Origin: a bacterium
Lineage (GTDB): Bacteria > Patescibacteriota > Doudnabacteria > UBA920
Assembly (NCBI GenBank): GCA_016699995.1
Contig: CP064996.1
Location: 138,357-202,356 of the forward strand
Reading direction: 5' to 3'
DNA: 64,000 bases
Shown here: piece by piece, positions 53,103 through 62,899 of the stretch
Position numbering within the stretch: the stretch's first letter is position 1
Layout of the letters: each line of letters begins with the position of its first letter
Made by a program: the position numbers and the translations under genes
Notes under the pieces: generated by a model
Databases searched by the model: none
The model's input: only the letters and a program-made list of their open reading frames with translations
What the model was told of the DNA's origin: nothing

Positions 53103-54137
53103 TTATTTTTTATTATGGAATTTTTTATGGACCTCTCTTAATTGCTGGTTAGTAACGTGGGTATAGATTTGAGTAGTAGTAATGGAGGCATGTCCTAGTA
53201 AAGTCTGAACACTGCGAATGTCTGCACCATTTTGGAGGAGATCGGTAGCAAAAGAATGGCGGAAGGTATGCGGAGTTACTTTGTGCATTATTCCGGCCAG
53301 TCCAGCATATTTTTTTACTAAACGCTGCACACTGCGCGCAGTTAAGCCTGGTACGGCATCGCGTCCGCCGCCGATGCTTTCCATTTGCTTTTCGACGGTA
53401 TTGCCGATCTTGGAATGACTTACGAACAAGGCAGGGTTATTGTCATGGCGCTTGATAAGGTACATTTGAATAGCTCGAATCGCCTCCGGTGACATGAATA
53501 CCAAGCGCAGCTTGTCGCCTTTGCCGCGGACGGTGAATTCGCCGCTATCAAAGTTTAACTGTTTTATTTTTAGCTGGACTAGTTCAGAAATACGCACCCC
53601 ACTAGAGAAGAGGAGTTCCAAGATGGCTTTGTCGCGCAAACGCGCTACTTCTAGCTCTTCGTGCTTGGTTGCGTCTTTGATGCGTTGCACTTCGTCATTG
53701 CTCATAACTGGCACTTCCCGTGAGGGTGTTTTGGCTAATTCGATTTTTTCGGCCGAAAGGGTGTCGATGTCTCGCTTGGCTAAATACTTTAAAAAAGCCC
53801 TAACAGCGATTACATGATAGTTTTGGGTGACCGATTTTAAGGCTCTGCCGGTGCGTTCATCTGTAAGCCGGTTCAAAAAGAGGCGATAGGAGCGCACGGT
53901 ATCTAAAGTTATCTGCTCAGGCTTAGCAATACCATTTTCGTGGCAGAAAGCTGAAAAGCGCACCAAGTAATGATGGTAGTTTTGAATAGTCAGACGAGAC
54001 TTATTTTTTTCAATTTCGCAGTATTCTAAGAACTCTTGAATATGCCTATCGATGTTGGATAGGGGATGGGGCTTCTTGTCCTGCTTTTTGGTCGTAGTTT
54101 CGTTACTGTTTCTCTGTTTTTTTATGCCATTGGCCAT
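53103..54137 (-). CDS. Tyrosine recombinase, XerC/XerD family (phage-integrase fold)
   Basis: 'HTFRHSFATDLLQNGADIRSVQTLLGHASITTTQIYTHV' gives the C-terminal catalytic R..H..R..Y pattern. A core-binding N-domain and a basic N-terminal extension are present. The minus-strand terminator hairpin GGCGCCGCTAGGCGC followed by TTTTTT lies downstream, at about 53070-53095. Confidence 0.8.
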   Translation of the reverse strand: MANGIKKQRNSNETTTKKQDKKPHPLSNIDRHIQEFLEYCEIEKNKSRLTIQNYHHYLVRFSAFCHENGIAKPEQITLDTVRSYRLFLNRLTDERTGRALKSVTQNYHVIAVRAFLKYLAKRDIDTLSAEKIELAKTPSREVPVMSNDEVQRIKDATKHEELEVARLRDKAILELLFSSGVRISELVQLKIKQLNFDSGEFTVRGKGDKLRLVFMSPEAIRAIQMYLIKRHDNNPALFVSHSKIGNTVEKQMESIGGGRDAVPGLTARSVQRLVKKYAGLAGIMHKVTPHTFRHSFATDLLQNGADIRSVQTLLGHASITTTQIYTHVTNQQLREVHKKFHNKK

Positions 54138-54283
54138 GGGTTTTTTGATTTTGGTTTCTTATCGGCAACCTTTATCTATATTATACCACCATTCCTATCC
54201 GCGTCGCAAAATATTCGATTGTACGACAGAACTAAAATGATTAGTAAATTTTAAAAAAATCATGAGTTTGTTATGATTAATTT

Positions 54284-55087
54284 ATGAACAGCGAGATAAA
54301 TAGAATTCCGGGAGATGTTGATGCAGCCATATCAAATGAGACCGCTCAGGAGTCCAAGGTAGAGCAGAACAGGGACGTAATAGAGTTTTTTAACCTGCCC
54401 TTTGCAGACGAGGAGGTTGCTGCGAGTTGGGATTCTTTTTCACGCCTCAGAGAATCTGCCATTCCTCCCGTTAAGAATTTGTACACTAAAGATTTTGAAA
54501 ATTGTTCTTTTAAGATAGATGTAAAGAATTTTGGCGACGTGGAGATGATATGTTTTTATTTGCAGGATAAATTTGGAGATAAGCCTGCTGAGTTTGTTTT
54601 TGATAAAGACCATGGTGCCAGCAGTTCTTGGAATATACAGCATCGGTGGATAGACAGTACTAATAGAATAGTTAGCGGTACAGACTTTTTAAAAAAGGTG
54701 GAAGATTATATGCAGAAGCTGGATAATCTTGGCTATCGCCGCGTCACTCAATATACAGAAGAAAGCGCTCAACCTAATGTTACAAAGTGGTTGTTAAAGA
54801 ATGGATATGAATTTACAGATAAAAGCAGTGCCGAACAGTATCAGAATATTATAGATCACCCAGATAATTATACGCTCATTAAAATTGATAATGGCGATGA
54901 TATCACCAAGGAAGAATTCATTTTCCAAAAATCCGCTTTAGAAGAAGAGCCTTTAAGATCAGCATTGGCCAATAAAAATCCAGACGGCTCAGTTAGTTTC
55001 CGCTATAAGGAAATGCTCAAACTGCCAGGTTTCATCAATTTAAAACTAGAAAAAAACCTAACCCAAGAACCAGAAATAGAGGCTTGA
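54284..55087 (+). CDS. Hypothetical acidic protein (267 aa)
   Basis: No recognisable motifs. Divergent from the recombinase. Confidence 0.4.
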   Translation: MNSEINRIPGDVDAAISNETAQESKVEQNRDVIEFFNLPFADEEVAASWDSFSRLRESAIPPVKNLYTKDFENCSFKIDVKNFGDVEMICFYLQDKFGDKPAEFVFDKDHGASSSWNIQHRWIDSTNRIVSGTDFLKKVEDYMQKLDNLGYRRVTQYTEESAQPNVTKWLLKNGYEFTDKSSAEQYQNIIDHPDNYTLIKIDNGDDITKEEFIFQKSALEEEPLRSALANKNPDGSVSFRYKEMLKLPGFINLKLEKNLTQEPEIEA

Positions 55088-55173
55088 TTTATTTACGAAA
55101 AGTGATATAATTAACAAGTAATTAACCTACGCGCTGGAATATACTGCCGGCGTCGTGCAAAGGATCAAAGTAT

Positions 55174-55449
55174 ATGTTAACAAAGAAAGAAAAGGACGCG
55201 CTCATTAAGAAGTTCCAGGTTCACAAAGATGATACTGGCTCTCCGGAAGTTCAGATCGCTATTCTGACCAAAGAAATCGATCAGGTTAGCGAACACTTAA
55301 AGTTGCACCGCAAAGACAATCACTCTCGCCGCGGCTTGCTTAAAATGGTAGGAAATCGCCGCCGTTTGCTTCGCTACTTAAAGGGTGAAGATGAAAAGCG
55401 CTACGATAAGATTACTGATAAGCTTAAATTGAAGAAAGCTGTAAATTAA
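55174..55449 (+). CDS. rpsO: 30S ribosomal protein S15
   Basis: 91 aa. '[48 protein letters not shown]' is the classic S15 signature. Confidence 0.9.
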   Translation: MLTKKEKDALIKKFQVHKDDTGSPEVQIAILTKEIDQVSEHLKLHRKDNHSRRGLLKMVGNRRRLLRYLKGEDEKRYDKITDKLKLKKAVN

Positions 55450-55511
55450 TTTTAATATAGACCCCAGCTTTGGCGCTGCTTACTGGCGCTCGAGTTGGGG
55501 TTTAATAGCAT

Positions 55512-55916
55512 ATGGTGAATATAGAAGATATTGCGTGGGATCCCGAAGAGTTCGAAAAAACTTGGATTGCAACCGCAGAGAAAATTGTAAAAGAGCTAAT
55601 GGCTAACGCGGAGATTCAGGGTGTTAAGGATCAGGTCCGTACTAAAGGTCATGTCACTGCAGAGGATCGCGACGTGTTTATAACTAAGGTGAATGAGATT
55701 AAAAATCACATCATCGAGGAGGCTTACGGCGCTCCTGGCTCGGAAACTTATCTGCAATTCGTGCATTCTTGGCAGCATTGGCTTAAGCTCAAAGGCAAAG
55801 ATCGCCCGAAAGGCGAAAATATGTTCGAAGACAACATCAACCATTTACTGTATGGCAGCACTCCGGATCCGGATTTGTTTTTGCGCGACTTTAACATATA
55901 TACCGACATTAAGTAA
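55512..55916 (+). CDS. Hypothetical protein (134 aa) inserted between rpsO and pnp
   Basis: ORF with no obvious SD. Helical and acidic. Confidence 0.35.
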   Translation: MVNIEDIAWDPEEFEKTWIATAEKIVKELMANAEIQGVKDQVRTKGHVTAEDRDVFITKVNEIKNHIIEEAYGAPGSETYLQFVHSWQHWLKLKGKDRPKGENMFEDNINHLLYGSTPDPDLFLRDFNIYTDIK

Positions 55917-56080
55917 TTATTAACCGTCTTTTAAAATTGATTGGCCGAGAAGGTTCCCAAGGTTTTGTTTCGCTAAGTTTAGCCGCCTGCTACAGTCGGG
56001 CCGGCACAGGAATAGCGGTGCAGGGCTTTGGAAATCTATCACTCAGGACCACTCTATAATAAAAGACTAAAGGAGACCTT

Positions 56081-58417
56081 ATGGGTCTAAAAGAAATCAC
56101 TGCAAATATTGCAGGACAGGAGTGGAAATTTGAGACCGGCAAGTTGGCCGGCCAGGCCAACGGCGCTGTAGTGGCGCGCGTGGGTGATACGGTAGTTTTA
56201 GCGACTGCTGTAATGAGTAAGGGTACCAGAGATGGTATCGACTTTTTTCCTCTATTAGTTGATTATGAGGAACGTCTTTATGCTGCCGGAAAAATCAAAG
56301 GCAGCCGCTGGGTTAAGCGTGAAGGACGCGCTACTGACGAAGCCATTTTAACCGGCCGCGTTATCGACCGTACTTTGCGTCCGATGTTTCCGGACGGCAT
56401 GCGCAACGACGTTCAAGTGGTTGCCACTGTGCTTTCTGTAGACGGAGAGAATGATCCCGATATGATTGCGGTCAATGCAGCGGCGATGGCTCTGCATATT
56501 TCTGATATCCCTTTCGATGGCCCGATCGCTGCTGTTCGCGTAACCAAAATTGGCGATCAGTTTGTCGTTAATCCTACTATGAGCCAGCGCGAAGAAGCTG
56601 GTTTGGATTTGGTCGTTTGCGGAACAGCTGAACATATTATTATGGTTGAGGCCGGCGCGAATCTGGTTTCGGAAGAAGACATTGTTGCCGGCATCCAATT
56701 TGCTCAAAAGCATTTAGGCGAACTTTGCAAAGTGCAGAGCGACTTCCGCGCAGACAGCGGCAAAGAAAAGTCTCAGCCGATAATCAAAGATCTTAATCCC
56801 GATATTTTTGCAGCTGTAAAGGAACTTTTGACCGATGACAAAATCGAAGCCTCTGTTTACACGGTGATCAAAGCCGAACGCGAAGAAAAGATGCGCGCAT
56901 TAGGAGAGGAAATTTTAACTCAAGTTAAAGCCGGTTTAGGGGAAAGCGGTCTTGATCAGCTAACTAAGGCGGGTTACAAGGTAGAAAAGGAAGTCGCTGG
57001 TAGTATCGACAAAATCTTCAAGAAGTATATGCAAAAGCAGATCTTAGAAAAAGAACGTCGCGTAGACGGACGCCGTTTAGACGAGACTCGCAAAATTACT
57101 GCAGAAGTTGGGGTGTTGCCCCGCGCCCATGGAAGCGCGCTGTTTACTCGTGGCGAAACCCAGATTCTTACAGTTATGACTTTGGGCAGCAAAGGCGACG
57201 AACAGCTGCTGGACGGCATGGAAGATCCTACCGAAGGCCGCAGTAAGCGCTATATTCATCACTATAACTTCCCGGGTTATAGCGTAGGCGAAGTTTCTCC
57301 AAACCGCGGTCCGGGCCGACGCGAAGTTGGCCATGGTGCTCTCGCCGAACGAGCAGTAGAAGTTGTGCTTCCTCCGCAGGCAGACTTCCCATACACTATG
57401 CGTTTAGTGTCCGAAACTATGTCTAGCAATGGCTCTACTTCTATGGCCTCTACCTGCGGCTCGACTTTGGCATTAATGGATGGCGGCGTGAAGATCCGTG
57501 AAGTAATCGGCGGTGTGGCTATGGGTTTGGTTATGGATGAAAGCAATCCGAATAACTTTAAAGTGTTAACCGATATTGCCGGCATCGAAGACTTTAACGG
57601 CCACATGGACTTTAAGGTTACCGGCAGCGAGAACGGCGTAACTGCCCTTCAGCTTGATATTAAAGTTAAAGGTTTAACAGCACAGATTTTGGCTGATGCT
57701 TTGGCTGCAGCAAAACCTGCCCGCATGCATATTCTTTCCGTAATGAAGGAAGCTTTGCCAGAACCTCGCGCAGACCTTTCTCCGTATGCCCCTCGCATTA
57801 CCAGCTTCATGATCAAACCGGATCAGATTCGCGATGTTATCGGCAGCGGCGGCAAAACCATTAACGGTATTATCGAACAGTGCCCCGGCGTGAAGATCGA
57901 CATCGAAGACGACGGTTTGGTTATGGTTACTTCTACCGATGCAGAAATGGCTGCCAAGGCTGTAGAAATTATCAAGAACATTACTAAGGAAATTGTTGTG
58001 GGCGAAGTTTACGAAGGTAAAGTTGTCCGTCTCATGGACTTCGGCGCGTTTGTAGAATTGGCGCCTGGCAAAGACGGCATGGTTCATGTTTCTCAGCTAG
58101 CTAACTATCGCGTTGGCAAGCCGGAAGATGTGGTCAAGCTCGGAGATGTTCTAAAGGTCCAAGTTATGGAAATTGATGAACAAGGCCGGGTGAACTTAAC
58201 CCATAAGCCGTTTGCACCAGAACCAACTGCGGAGCAGTTGGCTCAGGCTAGCAATGGCGGCGGTGACCGTGGTGGACGCGGCGGCTTCGGCGGCGGCCGG
58301 GGCGGCTTCGGTGGACGCGGTGGTCATGGCGGAGGTCGCGGCGGCGATCGCCATAGCGGCGGGCCCCGCAGCGGGTTCTCGCAACGCGCTCCAAGACCAA
58401 ATGGAGCTAATAGATAA
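56081..58417 (+). CDS. pnp: Polyribonucleotide nucleotidyltransferase (PNPase) with C-terminal Gly/Arg-rich extension
   Basis: 778 aa. Two RNase PH domains, KH and S1 domains ('GEVYEGKVVRLMDFGAFVEL'), then the tail 'GGGDRGGRGGFGGGRGGFGGRGGHGGGRGGDRHSGGPRSG'. The SD is AAAGGAG. Confidence 0.9.
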   Translation: MGLKEITANIAGQEWKFETGKLAGQANGAVVARVGDTVVLATAVMSKGTRDGIDFFPLLVDYEERLYAAGKIKGSRWVKREGRATDEAILTGRVIDRTLRPMFPDGMRNDVQVVATVLSVDGENDPDMIAVNAAAMALHISDIPFDGPIAAVRVTKIGDQFVVNPTMSQREEAGLDLVVCGTAEHIIMVEAGANLVSEEDIVAGIQFAQKHLGELCKVQSDFRADSGKEKSQPIIKDLNPDIFAAVKELLTDDKIEASVYTVIKAEREEKMRALGEEILTQVKAGLGESGLDQLTKAGYKVEKEVAGSIDKIFKKYMQKQILEKERRVDGRRLDETRKITAEVGVLPRAHGSALFTRGETQILTVMTLGSKGDEQLLDGMEDPTEGRSKRYIHHYNFPGYSVGEVSPNRGPGRREVGHGALAERAVEVVLPPQADFPYTMRLVSETMSSNGSTSMASTCGSTLALMDGGVKIREVIGGVAMGLVMDESNPNNFKVLTDIAGIEDFNGHMDFKVTGSENGVTALQLDIKVKGLTAQILADALAAAKPARMHILSVMKEALPEPRADLSPYAPRITSFMIKPDQIRDVIGSGGKTINGIIEQCPGVKIDIEDDGLVMVTSTDAEMAAKAVEIIKNITKEIVVGEVYEGKVVRLMDFGAFVELAPGKDGMVHVSQLANYRVGKPEDVVKLGDVLKVQVMEIDEQGRVNLTHKPFAPEPTAEQLAQASNGGGDRGGRGGFGGGRGGFGGRGGHGGGRGGDRHSGGPRSGFSQRAPRPNGANR

Positions 58418-58427
58418 ATTATGATAA

Positions 58428-58460
58428 AAGCGCCTCATGCCTAGCAGGGCGCTTTTTTAT
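58428..58460 (+). terminator. Rho-independent terminator after pnp
   Basis: AAAGCGCCT...AGGGCGCTTTTTTATT hairpin followed by a T-run. Confidence 0.6.
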
Positions 58461-58516
58461 TACCTATTTGTTAGTTATAATTGATTTAATATCACCATCA
58501 AAATTCAAGTCGTGTT

Positions 58517-59512
58517 ATGGATCAAGTATTAAAAATTATTTCTGAGCTGTATTCAATTGAAAACTTAAAGCTTCTTCATCGTGTAGAGGAAGGTGTACTA
58601 AGTAATAATTATATCTTAGAAGCAGATGGACAAAAGTATTTTTTAAAGCATCACCGTTCTAATATTGTTCATAAGATTGGCCAGATTCATCAGGTAGAAA
58701 AATATTTTTCCCAACAAGGGTTTCCTGTGATATTGGCATTGCCGACTAAGGATAATAAGCTTTATTTTACCTCCGAAGATCAATACTACAGCTTGCTGCC
58801 CTTTACGCCAGGTAAGCTAGTTAAGAGGGAAAGCCTTTCCGGCAATCAGATCAAAGCAATGGGGGAGTTTTTAGCTAAATTACATCTTGCAGGAAAGAAT
58901 CACGACGAATTTAAGTTAGAAGCTTTAAAATCCGTGAACGGAGAAAATTTTTCTCAATTTGTTACAGACATACAGAGTAAACTAAAAGAAAAGCCAAATC
59001 TTACTCCAGTTGATATTATGGCAGCAGAGCACCTTGAGTTGCAGAAACAGTTAGCAGACAAAATAGGCTATAAAATATTTTCGCCACAATTGCCAAGCGA
59101 TCACCTGGTCCATGGTGATTATCATGATTATAATTTATTTTTTGATGAATTTGATCAAATCACAGCGCTGTTTGATTTCGAAAAGACAGAGATGTCTCTC
59201 CGTACTTTTGAGCTGATCCGCGCCTTGGAAATTGTCTGCTTCCATGGCAGTTTTAAGCAAAACAATTTCGCGAATGCCCAAGTCTTTTTACAAGCCTATC
59301 ATTCACTCTATCCTGTAGTGCCGGAAGAACTGGAAGAAGCGATTAATTTTTCGTATTTAGGGCGGGTGTTTTCTACCTGGATCACAGGCGATGTGTACTT
59401 GAAAGGCAACAGCAGGCCCGCCGTGTATTTACACGAGACGCATTTTAATCTAAAATACTTTTCTAGCCACCTGGATTATTTTAAATCCCAGCTACTATCA
59501 TATATTAAATAG
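58517..59512 (+). CDS. Phosphotransferase (APH/choline-kinase-like) family protein
   Basis: 'HLVHGDYHDYNLFFDEFDQITALFDFE' is the HGD....N...D catalytic/Mg loop of APH-type kinases. Confidence 0.6.
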   Translation: MDQVLKIISELYSIENLKLLHRVEEGVLSNNYILEADGQKYFLKHHRSNIVHKIGQIHQVEKYFSQQGFPVILALPTKDNKLYFTSEDQYYSLLPFTPGKLVKRESLSGNQIKAMGEFLAKLHLAGKNHDEFKLEALKSVNGENFSQFVTDIQSKLKEKPNLTPVDIMAAEHLELQKQLADKIGYKIFSPQLPSDHLVHGDYHDYNLFFDEFDQITALFDFEKTEMSLRTFELIRALEIVCFHGSFKQNNFANAQVFLQAYHSLYPVVPEELEEAINFSYLGRVFSTWITGDVYLKGNSRPAVYLHETHFNLKYFSSHLDYFKSQLLSYIK

Positions 59513-60703
59513 ATGAACGCAAAGCCCTATTTCGAAATTACCAAAAAAGATGAAAAGTCCCGCGCTCGCACGGGTGTTATTCATACCGGCCACGGCGATA
59601 TTATTACGCCTCAGTTTTTGCCTATCGGCACTAAAGGGACCATTAAAAGCGTAACCAGCGAAGAGATTAAATTTTGGGGGGCTACCATGGTGCTCGCCAA
59701 TACCTATCACTTATGGCAGCGGCCAGGCGATGCGTTAATTTATAAAGCTGGTGGGCTGCACAAATTCATGAACTGGAAAGGCCCGATCTTTACCGACTCT
59801 GGCGGTTTTCAGGTTTACTCTTTAGCCAAGATGCGCAAAGTTATGGAAGCCGGCGTACTGTTTCAGTTTGACCTCGATGGCAAGCAAGAAATTTTGTCTC
59901 CAGAAAAATCAATTGATATCCAGGCTAATTTAGGCAGCGACATAGCTTTAATTTTAGATGATTTTCCTGGTTACCCATTTGAGCATTCTCGCAGCAAAGA
60001 ATCGATCGAATTAACAGCGCGCTGGGCAGAGCGCGCCTTGCGCGAACATCAACGGATTGTTGTGGATGGCGATCCAGTAAACCCTGACCAAAAATTATGG
60101 GGGATAGTTCAGGGTGCGAGCTTCGAAGATTTACGAAAAGTTAGCGCACAGCAGATGACTGCATTGGGCTTCGAAGGTTTTGCTATTGGCGGTGTTGCAG
60201 TGGGGGAACCGCATGACGAAATGATGAAGGCAATTGAATATTCGATTCCGTATTTGCCGGAAACCGCGCCTAAGCACTTGCTCGGGGTGGGTACTCCATT
60301 TGATATTATTCAAGGAGTTGCAAGAGGTTGCGATACATTTGATTGCGTTATCCCGACCCGAGAGGCACGTCATGGCCGGCTATACATAGCCGCTAAGGAC
60401 GAGAATGGCAAAGAGGGTTACGAGACCATCGACATTCGCTTAGAAAAGTATAAAGAAGATTTTACCCCGATTGATAATACTTGTAATTGCTATTTATGTT
60501 TGCATCATACTCGCGCTTACTTGCGCCATCTAATTGCCAGCGGAGAAATTCTTGGAGTTCGCCTCGCAACTATGCACAACTTGCGTTTCTATTTGAACTT
60601 AATGGAAAAAATCCGCGGCGCTATTTCTCATGATTACTTTGATGAAATGCTAAAAGACTTCAAAGACTTAACACCGGCTAATAAGAACTCTACTAAAGAG
60701 TGA
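59513..60703 (+). CDS. tgt: Queuine tRNA-ribosyltransferase (tRNA-guanine transglycosylase)
   Basis: 'FLPIGTKGTIK', 'FTDSGGFQV', 'LGVGTPFDII' and 'DCVIPTREARHGRLY', with the Zn-binding 'CNCYLCLHH'. The gene starts 1 nt after the upstream stop. Confidence 0.9.
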   Translation: MNAKPYFEITKKDEKSRARTGVIHTGHGDIITPQFLPIGTKGTIKSVTSEEIKFWGATMVLANTYHLWQRPGDALIYKAGGLHKFMNWKGPIFTDSGGFQVYSLAKMRKVMEAGVLFQFDLDGKQEILSPEKSIDIQANLGSDIALILDDFPGYPFEHSRSKESIELTARWAERALREHQRIVVDGDPVNPDQKLWGIVQGASFEDLRKVSAQQMTALGFEGFAIGGVAVGEPHDEMMKAIEYSIPYLPETAPKHLLGVGTPFDIIQGVARGCDTFDCVIPTREARHGRLYIAAKDENGKEGYETIDIRLEKYKEDFTPIDNTCNCYLCLHHTRAYLRHLIASGEILGVRLATMHNLRFYLNLMEKIRGAISHDYFDEMLKDFKDLTPANKNSTKE

Positions 60704-60777
60704 GAGTTGACATACCGTTAATTTGGTGGTATGTTAATTTGTCATTTAGACACAAACCTTGAGGAGGGAGAATTAAA

Positions 60778-61431
60778 TTGAATAAACTAAAGAACCAATT
60801 GCTTATAACTGTACTGGCCGCATCTGTTTGTCTTTTTTTTGGTTGTACTCAGCCGGAGACTTCGAATGCCAACACAGCGCCGCCGACACAACCGGAACAA
60901 GCCAAGGAAGTTACGCCGCCGTTCCCCGAACTGCCAGCTAATATCGAACCAAAACCAGAGCCTAAAAAGTACGGTGTTCTCACTGCTGACCCCGAAAATC
61001 TTCGAGCTAGCTTTGAGATCAAAGGCGCGATGAAGGGGGATGTGTACGAGACAACCTACGCTTCTAAGCAAAACGGAAAAAAGGAAGTCATCATTACGAT
61101 CTTATCCCGAGAGGGCGAGATTACTGCAGTTTTCCTTCGTTTGTTGCCGATCGCAAAGGTCGCTTTTATGGTTCAGGCTGAGCCAAAGAATCCAGACAAG
61201 GCTGCTCTTGATTCTAAAGGTGTCGTAAAAGCAACCCGAGACGCCAACGTTGTTCGGTGCCTAAAAGGAGCACAAAAGATTGTAGGTGCTTATGAAAGAG
61301 ACCTTAAGGCCCCGCCAGAATCTGTTCTCATCAAATTCTGGCTGAATGATTGCGGCAGCTTGCCATTGGGACTCCTTGCGCCTGTGAGCGAGGGAGACAT
61401 TCAGTCCACAATAGACGACTTGGATATTTAG
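60778..61431 (+). CDS. Lipoprotein, hypothetical (217 aa; TTG start)
   Basis: A GAGGAGGGAG SD precedes the TTG. Signal peptide with lipobox 'LFFGCTQ'. A terminator follows (AAACCCGTT-TCTA-ACGGGTTT followed by TTATTTT). Confidence 0.55.
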   Translation: MNKLKNQLLITVLAASVCLFFGCTQPETSNANTAPPTQPEQAKEVTPPFPELPANIEPKPEPKKYGVLTADPENLRASFEIKGAMKGDVYETTYASKQNGKKEVIITILSREGEITAVFLRLLPIAKVAFMVQAEPKNPDKAALDSKGVVKATRDANVVRCLKGAQKIVGAYERDLKAPPESVLIKFWLNDCGSLPLGLLAPVSEGDIQSTIDDLDI

Positions 61432-61499
61432 TAAGACTAAACCCGTTTCTAACGGGTTTTTATTTTGCTCAAAAGCCTTCGAATTGGTATAATCTTCTT

Positions 61500-62858
61500 A
61501 TGTCTAAGGAAAATCCTGAAAAAAATTCTAAACAACATTCCGATTTGATGGATAAGATCGTGTCGCTGGCTAAGCGCCGCGGCTTTGTATATCCAGGTTC
61601 GGAAATCTATGGCGGGCTAGCTAACTCATGGGACTATGGTCCTTTGGGAACTGAATTAAAAAATAACATCAAGCAGCTATGGTGGAAGCGTTTTGTACAG
61701 CAGCGTCCGGATATGGTTGGTATCGATGCCGCTTTGGTAATGAACCCAAAAGTATGGGAAGCAAGCGGGCATGTGGCGACTTTTAATGATCCATTGGTTG
61801 AATGCAAGCACTGCAACTCTCGTTTTCGCGCCGATCAGATAGATTTAAATGCAAAGTGTGAAAGTTGTGGCAAGGCCGCAGGTTTTTCGGAACCTAAGCA
61901 ATTCAATTTAATGATGCAAACTTTTTTAGGTCCTAGCCAAGAACAGGCCAATGTTGCATATTTCCGACCGGAAACCGCGCAGGCCATGTTTGTTCAATTT
62001 AAGAATGTTCAGAATACCAGCCGCAAGCAGGTGCCTTTTGGTATCGCCCAAATTGGTAAGTCTTTCCGAAATGAAATTACTCCTGGTAATTTTATATTCC
62101 GCGTCCGGGAGTTTGAACAAATGGAAGTCGAATATTTTATTCCAGCGCCTAAAACAGACGATGAATGGAATGGGTACTTTGAAGAATGGCGTCAGGTCAT
62201 GATCTCTTGGTTACAGAACGATCTTCAGCTAAACATGGATCATGTTCACGAATTGGAGGTTCCCGATGAAGACCGCGCTCACTACAGCAAGCGCACCATC
62301 GATTTTGAGTTTGACTACCCATTTGGAACAAAAGAGCTTTACGGTCTTGCTTATAGAGGTGATTTTGATCTTCAAAATCACATTAAGGCTTCTGGCGAGG
62401 ACCTGTCTTATCTGGATCCGCAAACTAACGAAAAGTACGTGCCGCATGTTATAGAGCCGTCATTAGGTGTGGATAGAACTTTCCTGGCTGTTCTTCTGGA
62501 TCATTACAAAGAAGAGGGTGAAGGCGATAACAAGCGTGTATGGCTATCTTTACCTCCAAAATTGGCTCCTTACAAAGCAGCAATTTTCCCATTGCTTAAG
62601 AATAAGCCGGAATTGGTGACAAAAGCCAAGGCTATATATAGTGAGCTTAGCCAGCACTTTATGGTGGCTTGGGACGACCGTGGTAATGTGGGTAAGCGTT
62701 ATTACAGCCAGGATGAAATCGGCACGCCATACGGCATTACGGTGGACTTCGACACATTGGAAGATGATACAGTTACTATTCGCGATCGCGATACTGCCCA
62801 GCAGGAACGTATTAAAATTTCCGAATTAGTAAATTATATTAGCGATAAAGTAAAATAA
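61500..62858 (+). CDS. glyQS: Glycine--tRNA ligase (class II, dimeric GlyRS type)
   Basis: 452 aa from the ATG at 61500, in frame within track ORF 61350..62858. 'RGFVYPGSEIYGGLANSWDYGPLG', 'FRNEITP' and 'REFEQMEVEYF' motifs. TGGTATAAT lies 8 nt upstream. Confidence 0.85.
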   Translation: MSKENPEKNSKQHSDLMDKIVSLAKRRGFVYPGSEIYGGLANSWDYGPLGTELKNNIKQLWWKRFVQQRPDMVGIDAALVMNPKVWEASGHVATFNDPLVECKHCNSRFRADQIDLNAKCESCGKAAGFSEPKQFNLMMQTFLGPSQEQANVAYFRPETAQAMFVQFKNVQNTSRKQVPFGIAQIGKSFRNEITPGNFIFRVREFEQMEVEYFIPAPKTDDEWNGYFEEWRQVMISWLQNDLQLNMDHVHELEVPDEDRAHYSKRTIDFEFDYPFGTKELYGLAYRGDFDLQNHIKASGEDLSYLDPQTNEKYVPHVIEPSLGVDRTFLAVLLDHYKEEGEGDNKRVWLSLPPKLAPYKAAIFPLLKNKPELVTKAKAIYSELSQHFMVAWDDRGNVGKRYYSQDEIGTPYGITVDFDTLEDDTVTIRDRDTAQQERIKISELVNYISDKVK

Positions 62859-62899
62859 CAAACAGCGTGGATCACGCTGTTTCCATATAGAAATAAATT

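Noticed and set aside
56348-58438. Minus-strand ORFs inside pnp (56348..56713, 57277..57606, 57674..58087, 58196..58438)
   Set aside because: They are shadow ORFs of a highly conserved PNPase. The Ala-rich 58196..58438 pair mirrors the GGN-rich RGG tail.
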